Virus record (IMG/VR): IMGVR_UViG_3300025914_000009
Coordinates: 1-64,000 of that record
From: a virus
Direction: 5' to 3' (one strand)
Length of the DNA: 64,000 bases
Part shown: positions 12,201 to 19,441 of the stretch, in pieces
Position numbering within the stretch: the first letter of the stretch is position 1
Layout: each line of letters starts with the position of its first letter
The notes under the pieces: model-generated
Told to the model about the DNA's origin: nothing
Databases searched by the model: none
What the model saw: only the letters and a program-made list of their open reading frames with translations
Program-made: the position numbers and the translations under genes

Positions 12201-12622
12201 ATGGTAGAAGGAATAGCTGCCAGCCCATTAACAAATGTACCACCTGCAGTTGCTACTGTCTTTACAAGGGCATTTCCCCATTGTTTGTACCATGGCTGAG
12301 CCTTTCCAAAAGCTTCTTCACTATCTTCCCCAGGGAGAATAGAGCGGTATCTTGGATTATAAACATCTGATACTGAATACTCGGGCAGTTTTCCAGGGGT
12401 TACTTTATCCTTAGTCCCAAGGATAGATTGATTAAATTTATTCAGATAAGATTGACTACTATCCTGACCCTCTGTAAGCCCTGTTCCTGGAATTGGAATA
12501 GGGGCCACAGCAGGAGCATCAAATCCTGCAGGTGAAGGAAGTCCTTCTGTTTCAAATCCTGGATTTCTCTGTGCGGCCAGTACATCACCTTGTTGTAGTA
12601 CATCTTGTTCTGGTAGTGGCAT
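299..12622 (-). CDS. Giant virion-packaged DNA-dependent RNA polymerase (crAss-like, phi14:2 gp66 type), 4107 aa
   Basis: Catalytic loop AGSDFDIDKL preceded by GFRIPTQGLNS; zincin-like YHEAFEAVW segment; size and position after cargo genes. Confidence 0.9.
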   Translation of the reverse strand: MPLPEQDVLQQGDVLAAQRNPGFETEGLPSPAGFDAPAVAPIPIPGTGLTEGQDSSQSYLNKFNQSILGTKDKVTPGKLPEYSVSDVYNPRYRSILPGEDSEEAFGKAQPWYKQWGNALVKTVATAGGTFVNGLAAIPSTIAGNPYDNSMGNSIDTWLKNMEDSFPNYYTKWQRDHPFMSAVPFSGGFSNFWGDKFIKNLGFTVGAIGSAVAQDAIIGAATEGIGEIPGVASQIGKASLWLNKVFTGTNRADELLQLGRAAGRTEEQLVNLKNLAQAAAATKVSNGARYAMNLYGASASEAGMEARDGYNTVREDLLKSYQREKGYSATGEDLDQIEKYARAAGNLRFGINMALLSVSNAIQFDSILKPFSAAKAGFRSSVEKELTEGAAIGMKKGTMDTFERVVPKGIWGKIKPTIPAILSEGVFEEGGQYATQIGVENFYERKYLYDKGLAKSNYSKDETPWDSRDQIKNIVHSVVKGLNDEFSTDEGLENVVLGALTGVVFGGVKQFLDREKNTQLVSATLNLLNSQGVTGVLQNHYDTAATAQRISEDMKEAVRTNDIFKFKNFQHEQFVNFILSGAKAGRFDVRMEQLKMLKEMDNDEFKKAFGLDKTTENVKTASEYVDALMDKAQQIKKSYDLINDTFNNPFQKAGKNATPEAALEDQKHKTFEDWKDSLTFLASITTDVDSRIKSISSNLRTINPNLDQYHVANFTDKKYLQNYAKNLEQEAKGLQGLVDMKVSGDPETDRNRIKSLQTKVQLINNYLSDPNFSDKRFEGTFKNLLTFHLNGQQDTGNVNIPQEALPKLIQYGRDIHRLRKYRDDAYKAFDKLSTEEGFNKYFREANIAQDRYSDKTPPTPTPESNIPPEETTVVTPPKSVVVKDKAGAVKEFDPNKEYYVNVEVGKDPIKGFVIEQKPDGKVVVQTADGTSVEVPQETFFAKDKNAEEVKEEVDKNTSTEDVPPPPPVEGGERSEEGAMKKDLKTALFSTTDPLYSRQDSPFNNFHRRHQNFLFDMGSSDPDVFNQDNKPKLRIIPVTANTYKALGFPEGFIEDDGKNPDESTIRAVYVVDDTVDPVKRKRQRTAILSAITKSKTLPDHIKEVAKTMPDQAIQDLYEQAKSAAGADDQIGEKLVDKLIEYGDQGIFFVSPKGDKMGRVGSRVDPNEAIFTTLATTELTRQNSSGETENRYTNKDRIDEEAAKNWWRGTRENILSINTPEGAMQRTYQFAVSRGIPHIINKGSRNNVITTGLIRERDLDKPVITLPTLGDVAVMGAFNEEGQGIASSKQGVAMPLGTPLLNYGGNLTYLNARKFTKDEAKNIFEMLKIISDRNRTVESGPLFKYLHKVIYMANPEKNIAPTASSITIDNFGNLYLGTNKEAIQLIPQALEDNKDRIMTFLEGAYHNIKNSELLRIARDPKANDLEFQELKADDGKVEVVNRWKNYNYYLLSNRTPDGKARANEPLVTNIAVPQGNERPIIQKYSEILSFDFDPSKFTKPKTAEEKRVEENPAITATDAKAALAKVIADGKKVGMSIDNLLSLREAYLSDTNLSDAQKSQLAGAVDALIEHIEKKNKEQGVQEQEVKPMAPPEVVAEQEAKAEAEAAPQEEPLQYIEHNFGGDMGIKKLGFKVLTRDAQGNITDIEPIGTVNDDNSITPYKSPEVAKRILMNKFAQNQIKQDDTNSNKTQDVKDKFKGRDFKRGTDRYRRAESLRKGYVKADLNAEFAEVRSILPDFFKFKILDGMLKTTEGGLAWGALRDNMIYIYKNAEIGTTYHEAFEAVWYHFLTGKEQQDLYDEFTGRKGDFTTYNREKKAYSDATVKEAKEQLAEEFRNYKMNEELPEQPKQRSFFKRLLDFIKWVLGIDPSKRNELFKKMNNGYYRKYSSSLRGPMERPEFSYYREPGLENFSERIVQDMLQGMTAELLGEIFGENAAIIDQLEDDFETTAKSIYDRLKDKFTDYFEDEAKDEGTLFAEIGRDYMEATSDAEREAIAGELEPIREIWGRIKDNWGSFVKEHERYLKIFNVEFVTDDEGNTEIADEDDFDDDNKNQSEYDRDIFTYDAKNNASNRWKLLIASIADSEWVKEATRAGMTAADSVRSKRESSSMRLPKLVQYAKLFNYLLHNVSGINGIYDIWAKLTNMTEDPLTRKLIDANVRKLMSRLKFDSGFEGKTQADVRLVLSGENALTKQKPSFFRQFTDYQRNTYFDTTVLNSKVDQVITTWVAGVKGSSAVRPSAENRFLFSKSIVNVKDNIDFLNRLGIDITRDDYRKLTGSKLTNFNDEVNSIRALVNRSANNNISVPIISSKQLDFSTRLKKLANMYIHDMVGEDTQSQHPNLDNQPTTNFVLNNFVSTMVNDANNADDRDDFISRQDNGYFDDIFHKDSLLLTKIIFDPQGNRNKEVQVGVVEGRETWDGNNTSTSKLTQAERLLYEINNNLNGVFYTLLPADAKTEWALRLGTYLSADGFFGDDSTRSNEVTAFGSQMYKWLQTEVDLARDYENRKFIDALNRKPKGEDRVVGKSLRFFKDIFQSIGRQDIVDDINRRVIDGNEPLGNVVSSDQMRAYMREYAEMKVQDTINELIDWRVIHPTAENRFILFGFDKTVVNNTLGKSYDYSRTELERLLLFREMNYVMNNIEMHKFFFGDPAQYKDELKRIKSFLSGREYTHVDTLGTSEGFNQWANSELNKAGNIQLSLGDPGYQSHKNHFNTITAYDVIYESNEIDALREVLGDRATPYTEGNEDDAGAYMSIQAYREMMWKSGGRWTKAQEKQFQWEMAWERNDKAREGKYTYSSEELRRHDEALLKEEPNTDVAFPILKLMHSGIQTKDDVAIVSLDKASWAPLFYRWYKGSNLGKLYDAMQKRGIDYVRMESAHKVGIQKASSFSLYAENGDLNSTAFDTMEPEMIPLKQIGVQVEQSKKDKGQTEGSQLRKIAIGDLMENGVPIDFGKAYGSAEDAFAAWNSLDKEQKMAASPIYSKVQRHNDALVNLTTVRTTMAMRRLGMESGDEGVTIPDKKMISDFILSELERRELPRNIASAIQISPETRDFSNPIEANPQYTKIRAIIYSILEKTITRPKVNGGQKTMLSVTGMETAPRVVKRTVNGKPVYTSDRLKFYTHGENGTQACEIMLPYWFGKKIMEAGSGKTKEEVIKYLNSTEEGKKLLSGIGFRIPTQGLNSVDFFVVKDFLPEQMGDVVVLPSEITAKAGSDFDIDKLNVYLRNYYIDGKTGLPKILNYQGSEQATKEYLTGLIQERSIPATSIRKDLERYISEESENLEEGGLFDSVPGVGEEFENERLIQDFLANRQDNVLDMYYQKTLENEYFDSIQDLLALPENYSRLIAPNDASELKGYRNEMLKLKGTSTSPLGDYGKLLSSTFMMKERQAYMASKQVVGISAVSQTAHAIGQNLEGGLVVEDPDIVARFPHNTIDGKISLSGMSTNKENGGLISNINSQTTDGGVDVAKDKFLAEMGINKDTLSTFLTLVRMGADPWWAILYLNQPSIQEFLKTKAISSSVSQINPKVRNESDSKLLNKTHKLFGGIGKNGRNIANKPRYYTKAAMEEMIRKYAQDPTSLNADEKKLQMMILDDFSRYDRTKGKYTGYSGLAWDLFHFYQGYNWDTARMNDPNLVRLKNLKFEKANDLSITPVSKVMRDTFIGVMRDKILDLDEGLRSIINVQTGAAGQVLNAITRDVFKMRGGEAVKQQVMLTAELSLVDYAVQTNALVEGRPLNTYIQPLLLSNKATAFYLDALKRHVAVVGDKVLSENPLVKALLPTLDRRQGFPSTIQMLERDYDTYTSNVLTDSFRELRDDAGVIVSINDRAEDNRSVAQIYRRLVLTALIQGGARSGRGSFSHLIPSETYSEIVRDALRSMRLDNFYDNLALYRGNWSNSTLVPAAVMVQPELGESMQIEDLNAEPYYPWFYNEAVSGHLAKAMSVETGRAPALLEQPAAQYRRAKVIKVIQVDRDKATSNILSRSVRLFRRVDVYGVNGLVPLQYRRDMVLFTEINPWGDSGIREFYSDQSQSVLPDNGKVIEATDDQILYALVKDDIRTNAAEQVVADVVNRFDGEPGQSDIDEDDDGNPPDLPQAPFLQIDSFEEFKNSLQKKNCD

Positions 12623-12625
12623 TAT

Positions 12626-15295
12626 TTATTCTGTTTTATTCTTTTTAGCTTCTAAAGCTGCGTCTATATATTGATCTCCAACTTGTGATAAGAACTTTGT
12701 AACCTGAGCTTCATTTAAAGTTTGTCCAAAGTTTGCTGTCATGTCAGGTAGCCAGGTCTTGGCATTTTTATCATAAATATACATCCTTACCTGCAATCCA
12801 CCATTTTTAAGAGGATCTTCCACATGATATTTTACACTATATTTATTAAGAAGTCCGCTTTTAAGGTTAAATGCTCCATCTTTACCTAATCCCTGTACAT
12901 CTGTTGTCCATTTAGCTGTACCTTTTGTGAGCTGCATACTTTCCCTGATATTGTAGAAATCATCAAGGAATTTACCCTGCCCAAATAGCTCCTCTGCCTG
13001 TTGTCTTGATATATCCATTTCCACAGGTTGTCCTGTTACTTCAGTGTTACTTAAAGCTAGGGCATATTTTCCTCTACCTTTTGACACAAGTGAATAGGTA
13101 GTGTTTTCAGATTTCTTACCTAACATACTTTCTATATCACTCTTATTATATCTCGGATTAGGGCTTTCCTTGTCTTCAGCTATGATAGTATTTACCAGTC
13201 TACTTGCCACAGCTTGAGCTCTTTTTCTATCAGGTGCCTCAAATGCTTGAAGGGTGAATGAGACAGGTTGAGGAACACCGACAACTTCCTTAACAGCATT
13301 GTCCATATAGTTATCTCTTCCTTTGGCTACATGAATAGAAGGAATAACAGCCGTGCGCATTACATTAGCCATTTTACTTACAATATCCTTTTCCTCAGGA
13401 CTTAATGGTACTCCTTGGTTATTCTTCTTTAAAACTTGGTATATCTGCCTCTCTGCTGGTGTATTTAGTAATTTACCTGCAAGCTGATCATCGAATACAG
13501 TCCCTCTCACATATGGCTCATTTCTAATTATTTGTGCCATTTTCATCTGCAGATCATACTGCTGCTGACCTGTTAATGTACTTGTCCCCTCAGGGGCAGT
13601 TACTTTTAACGGTGGTATCTTGCGAGTGATTTGTTCAGTGCCCCATCCATCACGATCAGCCATCTCACCAACCTTAGCAATAGCAAATTTCCTATCACCA
13701 ATTACTTTGTCTGTATTTGCCAGTTTATCAAAGTATGCCCTTGTGCCATCATCTACACTCTCAGGGTCTTTATCATAAGCATCTTTCAGTTTAGCTACAG
13801 CAGCATTAGCTGCATTTATTACAGTAGAGGGGTCTTTTCCTGCTACATTATACTCGTATCTTGGATTCTTACCAGTAGGATCTCTTTTAACTGTGACTAG
13901 TCCTGTGTTCCCTAATAAGGCCATTTTCTCCTGGTCTATTTCATTACTAATATCACCTGTTTCCTTAAAGAAACTAGATACGTTCACATCTTCTAATCCT
14001 CCCTGGGGTATAGGTTCAAGCACGGCATCAGAAAGAGGTATGTCTGAAAGAGCTCCCTTTGCAGTCTTGGCTGCTTTGGCAGAAAGAGATAACTTGTATA
14101 CCTCTAACTTTTCTCTCTCAACTCCAAGTTTGGCTTGTTCTATACCAAGATTAGCTGCCTGGTAATATTTATTTACCATGAACTCCTGGAACTTAATATC
14201 ATTTTGCCTCTTCGTTTCAGCAGCCATAAAATATGGATTCTGCTCATAAGTGAGAGAATTTTGAGCATAGGCATAACCATCACCAAATCTGCTTAACCAG
14301 TTCTGGGTATACATATTAGCCTTATAACCTTCCAGATTAGTATTTATAGCCCCTATGTCCTGTCTATATGAATTTTGGTAAGATTCTACTCTATCTTTAT
14401 AAGCTTGGATCTGTTGATCTATTTGGGCAGCACGAGCAGGATCATTATTAGATGCGGCTCTTTCTACTATAAGACCTTGAATGACATCATTCATTTGACC
14501 CAGCTTGTATTTATAGCTCTGGTCAGTAATAGCTTTCATTCCAGCAGCATCTTGCCCTCTGTAACTATACCTTCCATCTATTCTCAACTGATTTACATCA
14601 TCTGCAGTCATATTAGCCTGAATAGCCTCTCTTATCCTCTCAGGAGTTAGAGTCTTAGAACCCTTTCTTATCATAGCAAGATCAATCTCAGGGAGCCCAT
14701 CTTTGTCCAACTGTATCTGCCCATTGGGGCCTCTTTTGAAAGGATTATCTTCTATCTGAGAATTTGGATCTAGGTCTTTAATTATCTTACTAACCTTACC
14801 TGTGACGTCTGTATAAGGTGTATAACTTCCTGAGAATCTTGATGATACATCACCGTCACTATACCATTTCTGGAATTGGTCATGGAAATCCCACTCATTT
14901 GAGATTGAAGACTTCCCTTTCTCTCTTGCTTCTCTAATAGCAGCAAGTCCTGTCTTATATGTCTGAGTAGAAGCTACAGAGTTCTGTATAATAGGATCAC
15001 TAGCTATCTTATTAGTAAGAGCTCCAACAGAATTAACCAGCTGTTGGTTGGAAAAGTCTTTCTGTACTACTTTCCCAACCTCTTGCTGTATGTTGCTTAC
15101 TCTTTGATGAAGATAGTCCTTCTGCTCCGGCTTAACTACCTCAAGTCCGGCTACTGAATCTATATATCCTTGTACCTTTTGTACTCCCTGATCATACTGC
15201 TGTTGCTTGATCATCCCCACTCTCACATAGTCGTCCACAGGGATCTGGGACACATAAGGGTTAAAGGCTACGAGCTGGTCGGTAAAACTTGCCAT
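12626..15295 (-). CDS. Virion cargo/ejection protein, 889 aa
   Basis: Helical protein between cargo protein 1 and vRNAP, as in crAss-like gene order. Confidence 0.65.
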   Translation of the reverse strand: MASFTDQLVAFNPYVSQIPVDDYVRVGMIKQQQYDQGVQKVQGYIDSVAGLEVVKPEQKDYLHQRVSNIQQEVGKVVQKDFSNQQLVNSVGALTNKIASDPIIQNSVASTQTYKTGLAAIREAREKGKSSISNEWDFHDQFQKWYSDGDVSSRFSGSYTPYTDVTGKVSKIIKDLDPNSQIEDNPFKRGPNGQIQLDKDGLPEIDLAMIRKGSKTLTPERIREAIQANMTADDVNQLRIDGRYSYRGQDAAGMKAITDQSYKYKLGQMNDVIQGLIVERAASNNDPARAAQIDQQIQAYKDRVESYQNSYRQDIGAINTNLEGYKANMYTQNWLSRFGDGYAYAQNSLTYEQNPYFMAAETKRQNDIKFQEFMVNKYYQAANLGIEQAKLGVEREKLEVYKLSLSAKAAKTAKGALSDIPLSDAVLEPIPQGGLEDVNVSSFFKETGDISNEIDQEKMALLGNTGLVTVKRDPTGKNPRYEYNVAGKDPSTVINAANAAVAKLKDAYDKDPESVDDGTRAYFDKLANTDKVIGDRKFAIAKVGEMADRDGWGTEQITRKIPPLKVTAPEGTSTLTGQQQYDLQMKMAQIIRNEPYVRGTVFDDQLAGKLLNTPAERQIYQVLKKNNQGVPLSPEEKDIVSKMANVMRTAVIPSIHVAKGRDNYMDNAVKEVVGVPQPVSFTLQAFEAPDRKRAQAVASRLVNTIIAEDKESPNPRYNKSDIESMLGKKSENTTYSLVSKGRGKYALALSNTEVTGQPVEMDISRQQAEELFGQGKFLDDFYNIRESMQLTKGTAKWTTDVQGLGKDGAFNLKSGLLNKYSVKYHVEDPLKNGGLQVRMYIYDKNAKTWLPDMTANFGQTLNEAQVTKFLSQVGDQYIDAALEAKKNKTE

Positions 15296-15302
15296 TAATC
15301 TA

Positions 15303-15350
15303 CAAAGTTATGTTCTTTCTAATTATGTTCCAACGGTTTACGTGTATAGT
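15303..15350 (-). promoter_or_regulatory. Bacteroidota-type promoter upstream of the cargo/vRNAP genes
   Basis: TAACTTTG (-7 box, 15303-15310) 7 nt before the ATG; degenerate -33; ACTATACACGTA motif upstream. Confidence 0.55.
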
Positions 15351-15364
15351 TAAACCAGATGGGT

Positions 15365-18300
15365 TTATTTAAGTGGTTGAAGAGGCATTAGAGGTAAAGA
15401 TCTCTGAAGCTTCATTACCTGGAGCATCTTCTGGTAATCTCTCAGTTCTGAATCATCGTATTGAGATGATCCTGTCAGGTTACCTGCTGCATCATACCTT
15501 GTTATAGTCCTCGAAGGGCTTGCAAAGTCATTGTGGCTTGCTCCACTATAGTTGAACATTGCATTAGGCCCAAAGTAAGTAGCAGACATACCACCATCTG
15601 TTTGAGGAACAAATCTGTAGTCATACAGATTCTCATAAGCTGCAAGTCTCTTGTTCTCAAACTCATTCTTAGCATATTTGTCAGATAAGCTATTGAGAAT
15701 CATTTGATTAAATTGTCTTGTCTTAGATCTTGCTTCAGATTGTCTAACCATTTGGGTATCAGCTATTCCAAGATTCTTCATATTGGCATCATTTACTAAT
15801 GCAACATTCTTATTAGTGATATCATCTCTAATAGCCTGATTTGTTCTGAATTCATCTCCCAAAGTTGCCTGATCTGCCTGATATTTCTGTGCTGCGAGAG
15901 TTCCTATTGCTGCTGGATTATTAGCTCCAGTTCCAACAGCTCTCATACCAGCATTCAGAGTCGCCTGGTTCTGATTCAGTCTATCCTGGAAGCTAACTTG
16001 ATAAGGGCTATATAATTGAGGCTCAAACCTTTGTGAAGGTACTGGCTCGACTTTATTAGTAGCTATTCCATATAACTCAGGCAGAATCTGATTGAGATGT
16101 AAAGGTTCTACATTACTTGGAAGCTTTCCTCTTTCAGGGATCTGCAGCTCATCATAAGGAGTTTTTACCTTTCCAGGCTTAGTCCCTGGGGTTTCCGATG
16201 TAAGTGGTATATCAGGTAAAGTGTATGGAGTGAATGGGCCAGGATTAGGCACCTCAGGCTTAGGAGTATTAGGAGTAGGTCTTGGTGTGCTTGGCCTTAC
16301 CCCATATCTTGTCCCTTCTCCTTTAGTCATAGTACCCATCACGATACTCAATTCATCAGGATCCATTTCACTGATTTTTTTATCAGTAAGTGGGCCAAGA
16401 TCATATCTGTAAGGATGTCCACCTGTCCATTTGTTTATAGCATCTTTTGCTGACATATCTCTATATCCCTTACTAGTGAGAAGGTCTCTCATTGCTTTCT
16501 CACCAGTTTTCCTATCAGGAAACACAGCAAATCCATCCTTATCTGTCTTAGCACCATATTTCTGTGCTAATTTTCCATATTTTATGTTTCCAGGATTATT
16601 GTTCCTATCTGCACGAGTGGGATCATTTCCTGGGTCTGTTCCCCCATCCTCGTAAAAAGGGATTGAGGCACCTCCCTTGGCCTTCTTCATTTTACCCTGT
16701 GACATTGCATGAGGGTCAAGACCATGAGCTTCAGCCATATCAAGCATAGACTTCTGAAGAGAAGCCAGTCTCTCTTTTTTAGAAGCTAGATCTTCCATAC
16801 CCATCTTTCCTCCCTGCATCATTACCCTTCCTGCATTGAATTTCAGTTGCTCGAACTTACTTGCTGGGTTGGCATCATTGACAAGATCTGCACCTTTAGT
16901 ATTCAGCATATCATACCTCTTCTCTTTATCAGCTATAGCTTTTGCTGCTTGTTTAAACTTTGTTTTTGTTCCAGGAACATACATATTACCATAAATAGTA
17001 AGATTTCCACTGTTATCTCTTGCTGCATATTCACCCCCCTCTACTTCAACAGGGTTTCCATTGTATTGCATCCCTATACCCCCTTGGGCATGTGAGTCAC
17101 CATTGAACTCTACAGTTCCTCCATCATAAGGATTATAACTCTCCAGGTTTGCATTTCCTCCCCACATAGTATTTATTTGTCCACCATCGTCATACATAAC
17201 TCCTCCGTTAGCCATACCTGCTATTGTACCAGGAGTGGGCATAGCAACAGGAGCATTTCTCTGGAACTCACTAGTACCATATCCATACCTCTTTATGTTG
17301 TCTTTCATGGACTGTATAGCTGGGTCATTAGACTGTATATTATAAAATGTTTGCATCCTCTGATCTGGAGTCATCCCTTTCAGATCAGATCTATTATTAA
17401 ACTCATATAAATAATTATACATCTTCGGGTCAAGTAGATCTCTATAGCTCTTTGCCCTGTTCTTATCCATCATGTGAGGCAAGACTCCTGATCTAATGGA
17501 TTCATTTACAAGATCTATTCCTTTGGCTGTTTCCATTTGAGGTCTGTCCATAGCAGCAAGTGCTCCAAAAGCATTAGTTCCGGCTATACTACCATGCCTT
17601 GGATCATAAGGTTGAGGCTTCACAAGCGAAGGTTTCGTAGGGTCTCCTGATAGAAGATCACCAAATGCAGCTTTACCAGCTGCTACCATACCAAAGTATT
17701 GCTTCTGTTTCTTGGTAAGCTTCTTTCCATGAGCTGTACCATCTTTCAGCATCTCTTTAGCCTTATCTGAGCTTAGGGTTCCCCCTTGGGCATACTCACC
17801 AGTCATCCATGGAATCCATTGTTCGATAAGATCTGTAGTGTCAGATCCTCCTCTCGCCAATCCACCATTTTTGTATTCTCCTGTCATCCAGGGGATCCAT
17901 TGCTCCAGTAGATCAGTAGTATCACTACCACCTCTGGCAGTACCACCATTCTTATAAGTACCTGTTCTCCATGCCACCCACTGTTCAAGCAGATCAGTTG
18001 TATCTGATCCTCCTCTTGCAGAACCTCCATTAGCATATTGATGAGGACTGAATACACTCATATTGTCAGGGATTATTCCACCCTTCTTATACTTATCATA
18101 TCCAGGTTGAATGAATCCACCCATATCCATATCAGCAGTTATCATGCTCATAGCATCATTGCGCTCAGTTTCACTCCAGTCACCAGGTGCAAGCTTTCCA
18201 CCATTTTTATGAAACCCATGATGTTTCTTAAAGGTTTTAGCAAGAGCTTTTCTCCTTGGAGTACATGTGGATTTAGTCATAGGAGTGCAATATCCTTTAT

Positions 18301-19441
18301 GTTTAGGATTTACAGCCTTCTGAATCCAGTGACCATCTTTAGCTTCTATGAGCTTATCTGCAAGTGTTGATTTTATAACCATACCATTTTTTGCTGAGGG
18401 TGAATTATTTTCATCTTCTCCTATATAATAACCATAATTCCCTTTGTCCATAAGAGCCCTTATTTCAGAATTAGGCTTTAGAGTATTTGTCATTATATCC
18501 ATAATCCTTTGTCCGTAAAGTGGATTCTTTTTAAAATCTATTCCACCCTTAGGGATTTCTTGACCATATATCTTATTTGCTCCTTCTAAGTCAGCATGAC
18601 CTCTTCCTATCTTTCCATATCCATTATAACCTTGCAATCTATATACATCAGTATTAGGAACTATTCCCTTATCCTGCATAGATTTGGCATACTTCATTTG
18701 TGCAGCTATATTCTCAACACCTGCTTCTGGGCCAGCTAGATTTGTTCCGAAATAATCTGGATTCAAGTGATATGGAGAGGTTTTATCTATTCCTGATTCC
18801 TGGTAAGCTATGGCCAAAGCTTCGTAAGGATCAATTTTGTTTCTCCTTGAAGAACTTATTATCTTTTCAATAGTGGATCTATCAACATTTCTATCCCCCA
18901 GTCTTATACTAGCGTTAGGAAGACTTGTATCTTTTGGCTTATAGAGTGGCATAGGATCAGTTCCTCCATCTTCCATGTACCCTCCATATTCCATAATGGC
19001 CTGAGATCCAGTACCATATGGGGTAGGATTATATACCATCTGAGGCTGTACAGGATAGTGTCTTTTATAAGGATTAGGTAATCCTGCATCAAAAGCTGTC
19101 ATGCCTATCAGAGCAGCATTACCCCAATTCATCCCAGCTTGTTTACTATTAGGTGGCTGTAGATCCTTTGGGCCAAGGAACTTTCCAGGTTTAACTTTAC
19201 CAGTGTCAATAGCAGGTAGCTGAGATGTCGATACTGCCCCTCTGGGATCAGTGGATATCCTTGGCATGGAAGGGTTCATTTGAACTGGTGAATCCCCTTC
19301 ATAGTAATCCTGAATACTCTGATATAAATTAGGCATCGTAGGCCCAGGCCCCATGTTCATACCATAATCTGCCATCAATTTCTTCTTACATCCTTTGCAT
19401 GGTAGATTTTCGTAGGATAGATATTTTGGCTTAACTTTCAT
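15365..19441 (-). CDS. Virion cargo protein (1358 aa) with putative peptidoglycan hydrolase domains and recurring xGG motifs
   Basis: SLT-like ALAIAYQESG; lysozyme-like RNNNPGNI...GFAVF; VEVEGGE motif; recurring KNGG/ANGG/EDGG/DDGG. Confidence 0.7.
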   Translation of the reverse strand: MKVKPKYLSYENLPCKGCKKKLMADYGMNMGPGPTMPNLYQSIQDYYEGDSPVQMNPSMPRISTDPRGAVSTSQLPAIDTGKVKPGKFLGPKDLQPPNSKQAGMNWGNAALIGMTAFDAGLPNPYKRHYPVQPQMVYNPTPYGTGSQAIMEYGGYMEDGGTDPMPLYKPKDTSLPNASIRLGDRNVDRSTIEKIISSSRRNKIDPYEALAIAYQESGIDKTSPYHLNPDYFGTNLAGPEAGVENIAAQMKYAKSMQDKGIVPNTDVYRLQGYNGYGKIGRGHADLEGANKIYGQEIPKGGIDFKKNPLYGQRIMDIMTNTLKPNSEIRALMDKGNYGYYIGEDENNSPSAKNGMVIKSTLADKLIEAKDGHWIQKAVNPKHKGYCTPMTKSTCTPRRKALAKTFKKHHGFHKNGGKLAPGDWSETERNDAMSMITADMDMGGFIQPGYDKYKKGGIIPDNMSVFSPHQYANGGSARGGSDTTDLLEQWVAWRTGTYKNGGTARGGSDTTDLLEQWIPWMTGEYKNGGLARGGSDTTDLIEQWIPWMTGEYAQGGTLSSDKAKEMLKDGTAHGKKLTKKQKQYFGMVAAGKAAFGDLLSGDPTKPSLVKPQPYDPRHGSIAGTNAFGALAAMDRPQMETAKGIDLVNESIRSGVLPHMMDKNRAKSYRDLLDPKMYNYLYEFNNRSDLKGMTPDQRMQTFYNIQSNDPAIQSMKDNIKRYGYGTSEFQRNAPVAMPTPGTIAGMANGGVMYDDGGQINTMWGGNANLESYNPYDGGTVEFNGDSHAQGGIGMQYNGNPVEVEGGEYAARDNSGNLTIYGNMYVPGTKTKFKQAAKAIADKEKRYDMLNTKGADLVNDANPASKFEQLKFNAGRVMMQGGKMGMEDLASKKERLASLQKSMLDMAEAHGLDPHAMSQGKMKKAKGGASIPFYEDGGTDPGNDPTRADRNNNPGNIKYGKLAQKYGAKTDKDGFAVFPDRKTGEKAMRDLLTSKGYRDMSAKDAINKWTGGHPYRYDLGPLTDKKISEMDPDELSIVMGTMTKGEGTRYGVRPSTPRPTPNTPKPEVPNPGPFTPYTLPDIPLTSETPGTKPGKVKTPYDELQIPERGKLPSNVEPLHLNQILPELYGIATNKVEPVPSQRFEPQLYSPYQVSFQDRLNQNQATLNAGMRAVGTGANNPAAIGTLAAQKYQADQATLGDEFRTNQAIRDDITNKNVALVNDANMKNLGIADTQMVRQSEARSKTRQFNQMILNSLSDKYAKNEFENKRLAAYENLYDYRFVPQTDGGMSATYFGPNAMFNYSGASHNDFASPSRTITRYDAAGNLTGSSQYDDSELRDYQKMLQVMKLQRSLPLMPLQPLK
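17787..18029 (-). repeat. 3 x 81-nt (27-aa) tandem repeat inside the cargo protein
   Basis: GGxARGGSDTTDL(L/I)EQW(V/I)(A/P)W(R/M)TG(T/E)Y repeated three times. Confidence 0.9.

Noticed and set aside
17787-18029. CRISPR array or DGR template/variable repeat pair
   Set aside because: The repeats are in-frame coding units that differ mainly at synonymous sites. There are no spacers, no adenine-specific pattern and no reverse transcriptase in the window.
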